From positions 12,400,001-12,464,000 of the forward strand of contig OZ024750.1 of the NCBI GenBank assembly GCA_964016885.1: 64,000 nt of DNA, written 5' to 3'. The notes beneath the pieces are model-generated. The model did not search any database. It had not been told where the DNA came from and saw nothing but the letters and a program-made list of their open reading frames with translations. The translations under genes and the position numbers were made by a program. Origin of the DNA: Eledone cirrhosa (lineage: Eukaryota). Of the stretch, positions 61,744-64,000 are shown in pieces (positions within the stretch are counted from its first letter, which is position 1; every line of letters begins with the position of its first letter).

Positions 61744-62679
61744 GTTGGTGTTTGGAACATAACTTAACAAAAGCCGAATAGATGCCATCTTGTTACTGAA
61801 AATTCCAATTACTTCTTGTAGAAGAGAAGATGTAAAACATGTTCAGAGAAACTTGAAACTTGAAATTTATGAATTAAAACAATGAAATAGTAAAATCTCA
61901 AATAGTATCCGAGATATTATATAACCAAGGAAAGACTCTATGCTCACCCCGTATATATACAATTAAATGAATAAAAGGCCGCAGTCTTTTTAATGAAACC
62001 AGTAAAAGTCTAAAAATAAATAAATAAAATCTCATCTAAAATCACAAATGTTTTAGAATGACACATATTAGTTAACCTAGGTTACTTTCGTGCTACTAAA
62101 TTTTTATCTATGCTCTTCTTTATATGATTATTTTTTGTTTTTCAGAAGTTATTAAAAGTGAGACGTTCATGCTATCGCAACCGATTTCTCAGTCTTAGTC
62201 ATGTTTAGCTTCAGGTTCATTGAATCAATCCTCTTCTTCCAAATACAAATTTTTCCTACGGCGCATCATTTGCTTCTGCAGTGATAGGCTGGCTATTCAT
62301 CTGTTTATAATCTAAGAGAGTTTAAGGCAGAATCGTTACGGTATTTTTTCTGTTCTCTACAGGTTCTGAGTTCGTATTCCACCAAGGTCAACTTTATCTA
62401 TCATCCCCTTTACTAATTTAGGGCGGTGGATTGGTAGAATTGTAAGAGCGTTGGATGAGATAGATGCTTTGCAGTGTCTGATCAGTCTCTTCCGTATTTC
62501 CTGAGTTCAAATGCCACCCCTGCTGTCATTGAGAAGATGGCTCCATGAGAGGACTGGGATCCGCATCGTTAACCCACACAGCACCCACACAATAAACAAA
62601 CAACACAGTACAACAAAGAACTATATGAACTTAAAAGTCTAAAGCCTGTCTTAAGCCAGAAGGTTCATTTAGCTAGTGC

Positions 62680-62918
62680 TTATCCCGGTTTCATAGCGTG
62701 AAGCGACTGAGAGTACAAAACCTTCCCCTGGACAAAACGCCAGTCCATCGCAGGGTTAAACCCCCAGCTATTGCTGGTACTCATTTTCAGCTGAGTATAC
62801 TGGAGCAACGTGAAATGAAGTGTTTTGCTCAAGAACACAACATGCAACCCAGAAATCGAACCCACGACATTGTGATCGTAAGTCCAACACCGTTACCACT
62901 AGGCCTCCCCGTGCCTCC
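62680..62918 (-). mobile_element. tRNA-derived CORE-like SINE with a different 3' half
   Basis: On the minus strand: GGCCTAGTGGTAAC...GGTTCGATTTC...TTCTTGAGCAAAACACTT...CAGCTGAAAATGAGTACCAG...CCTGCGATGGACTGGCG. Confidence 0.8.
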
Positions 62919-63524
62919 ACATATTAACTTAACACTTGATATAAGAGTATTTACGTTTCTGACACAAGTCCTTCATCAGTAGATAGAATGAGAAATAAAA
63001 GATGAAATAAAAAGTTAGAGAGTTAGAAGAGGAAGTAACGGAAACAATTTTTTTTTTTAGAAAAAGCACGTGTGTCTTCACACACACACACACACTCTCT
63101 CACACACATATATATTATAACGAACAGCTAGATTTACTTTTAAAATTCGACTAGATATAACCCGTCCAGACAAAAAATAAAAATAGAAATAAAAACAAAA
63201 TAATAACGACAATAAAATTTAAAAAACGAAAGAACCACCCCACTACATTGTCCATTAAGTATGAGATGTCATAATTTCTGTAGGTCAACAGATACAAGTT
63301 AAAATGATGTTCCTTGCCAAGTTCACTTAGTGCAGCTGTTTCACCAAAAGCTTGACATTTTGTACCCACATCGTCTTTATTCAAAGATTTCAAACATTAA
63401 GTTGCATTCTATCCATTTCAACTCTTGTCTTGCTTTGACTTTTACCTCCTCTCCCCTCCCCCCATTATCTCTGGCATTACTCCAGTTTGTCTATAACGAA
63501 ATAGTTTACATTAAAAGCAAGGAA

Positions 63525-63830
63525 GCACACCGCACACACGCACATAGAAACACATATCACTGCAGAAATACACCCACACATAAACACACACAAACACAAA
63601 AAACACAAACACACACAAACAAACACACACACAAAAAAAACATACACACAAACACACACACATCACTGCTTACACACACACGTATAACCCCATATCACTG
63701 CTTAAACACACATACACACATACGCACATAGAAAGCCACGTCACTGCTTCCACATACACACATACACCCACAAAACCCCTATCTGTGCCCCCCCCCCCCC
63801 TCATATCACTGCTTCCACACACACACAAAC
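63525..63830. repeat. Degenerate (CA)n tract with repeated CATATCACTGC motif
   Basis: Seen directly. Confidence 0.85.
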
Positions 63831-64000
63831 CCATCACCCCTAGTTCCAGTCTAGAACTAGCTGTTGAAACGACAAGAGCTCAGCTGTCGTGTCCCGACTC
63901 TTTATAATATAATCATACTCTACTACACCAAGTATCGAGTACTCTGTTGAGTAATGGTCTAACTAGTTTTAAACTGATTCTATCCTGATATATATATATA

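Overview
AT-rich eukaryotic, repeat-dominated DNA, probably intronic or intergenic. The repeat families (tRNA-derived SINEs, RTE LINE tails ending in (GAT)n, TTAA MITEs, long (TA)n(TG)n and (GTN)n tracts) look cephalopod/Octopus-like; this is inference. I could not support any host gene. The only convincing CDS is an intact RTE-clade non-LTR retrotransposon ORF (24653-27886) with AP-endonuclease, reverse transcriptase, and a C4HC3 PHD-type finger inserted inside the RT. Directly upstream is a 6.4-kb, nearly homogeneous array of about 29 monomers of 216/203 bp whose last monomer runs into the LINE leader, so it may be a monomer-array 5' UTR. A second theme is a set of long fold-back (palindromic) elements that carry Penelope-type minimal hammerhead ribozyme motifs (one fully canonical motif at 45129-45193). 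The rest is SINEs with TSDs, piggyBac- and hAT-type MITEs, a decayed hAT/Buster transposase, L1/Tx1 and CR1 3' fragments, and mini/microsatellites. Most ORFs in the supplied track are repeat artefacts.
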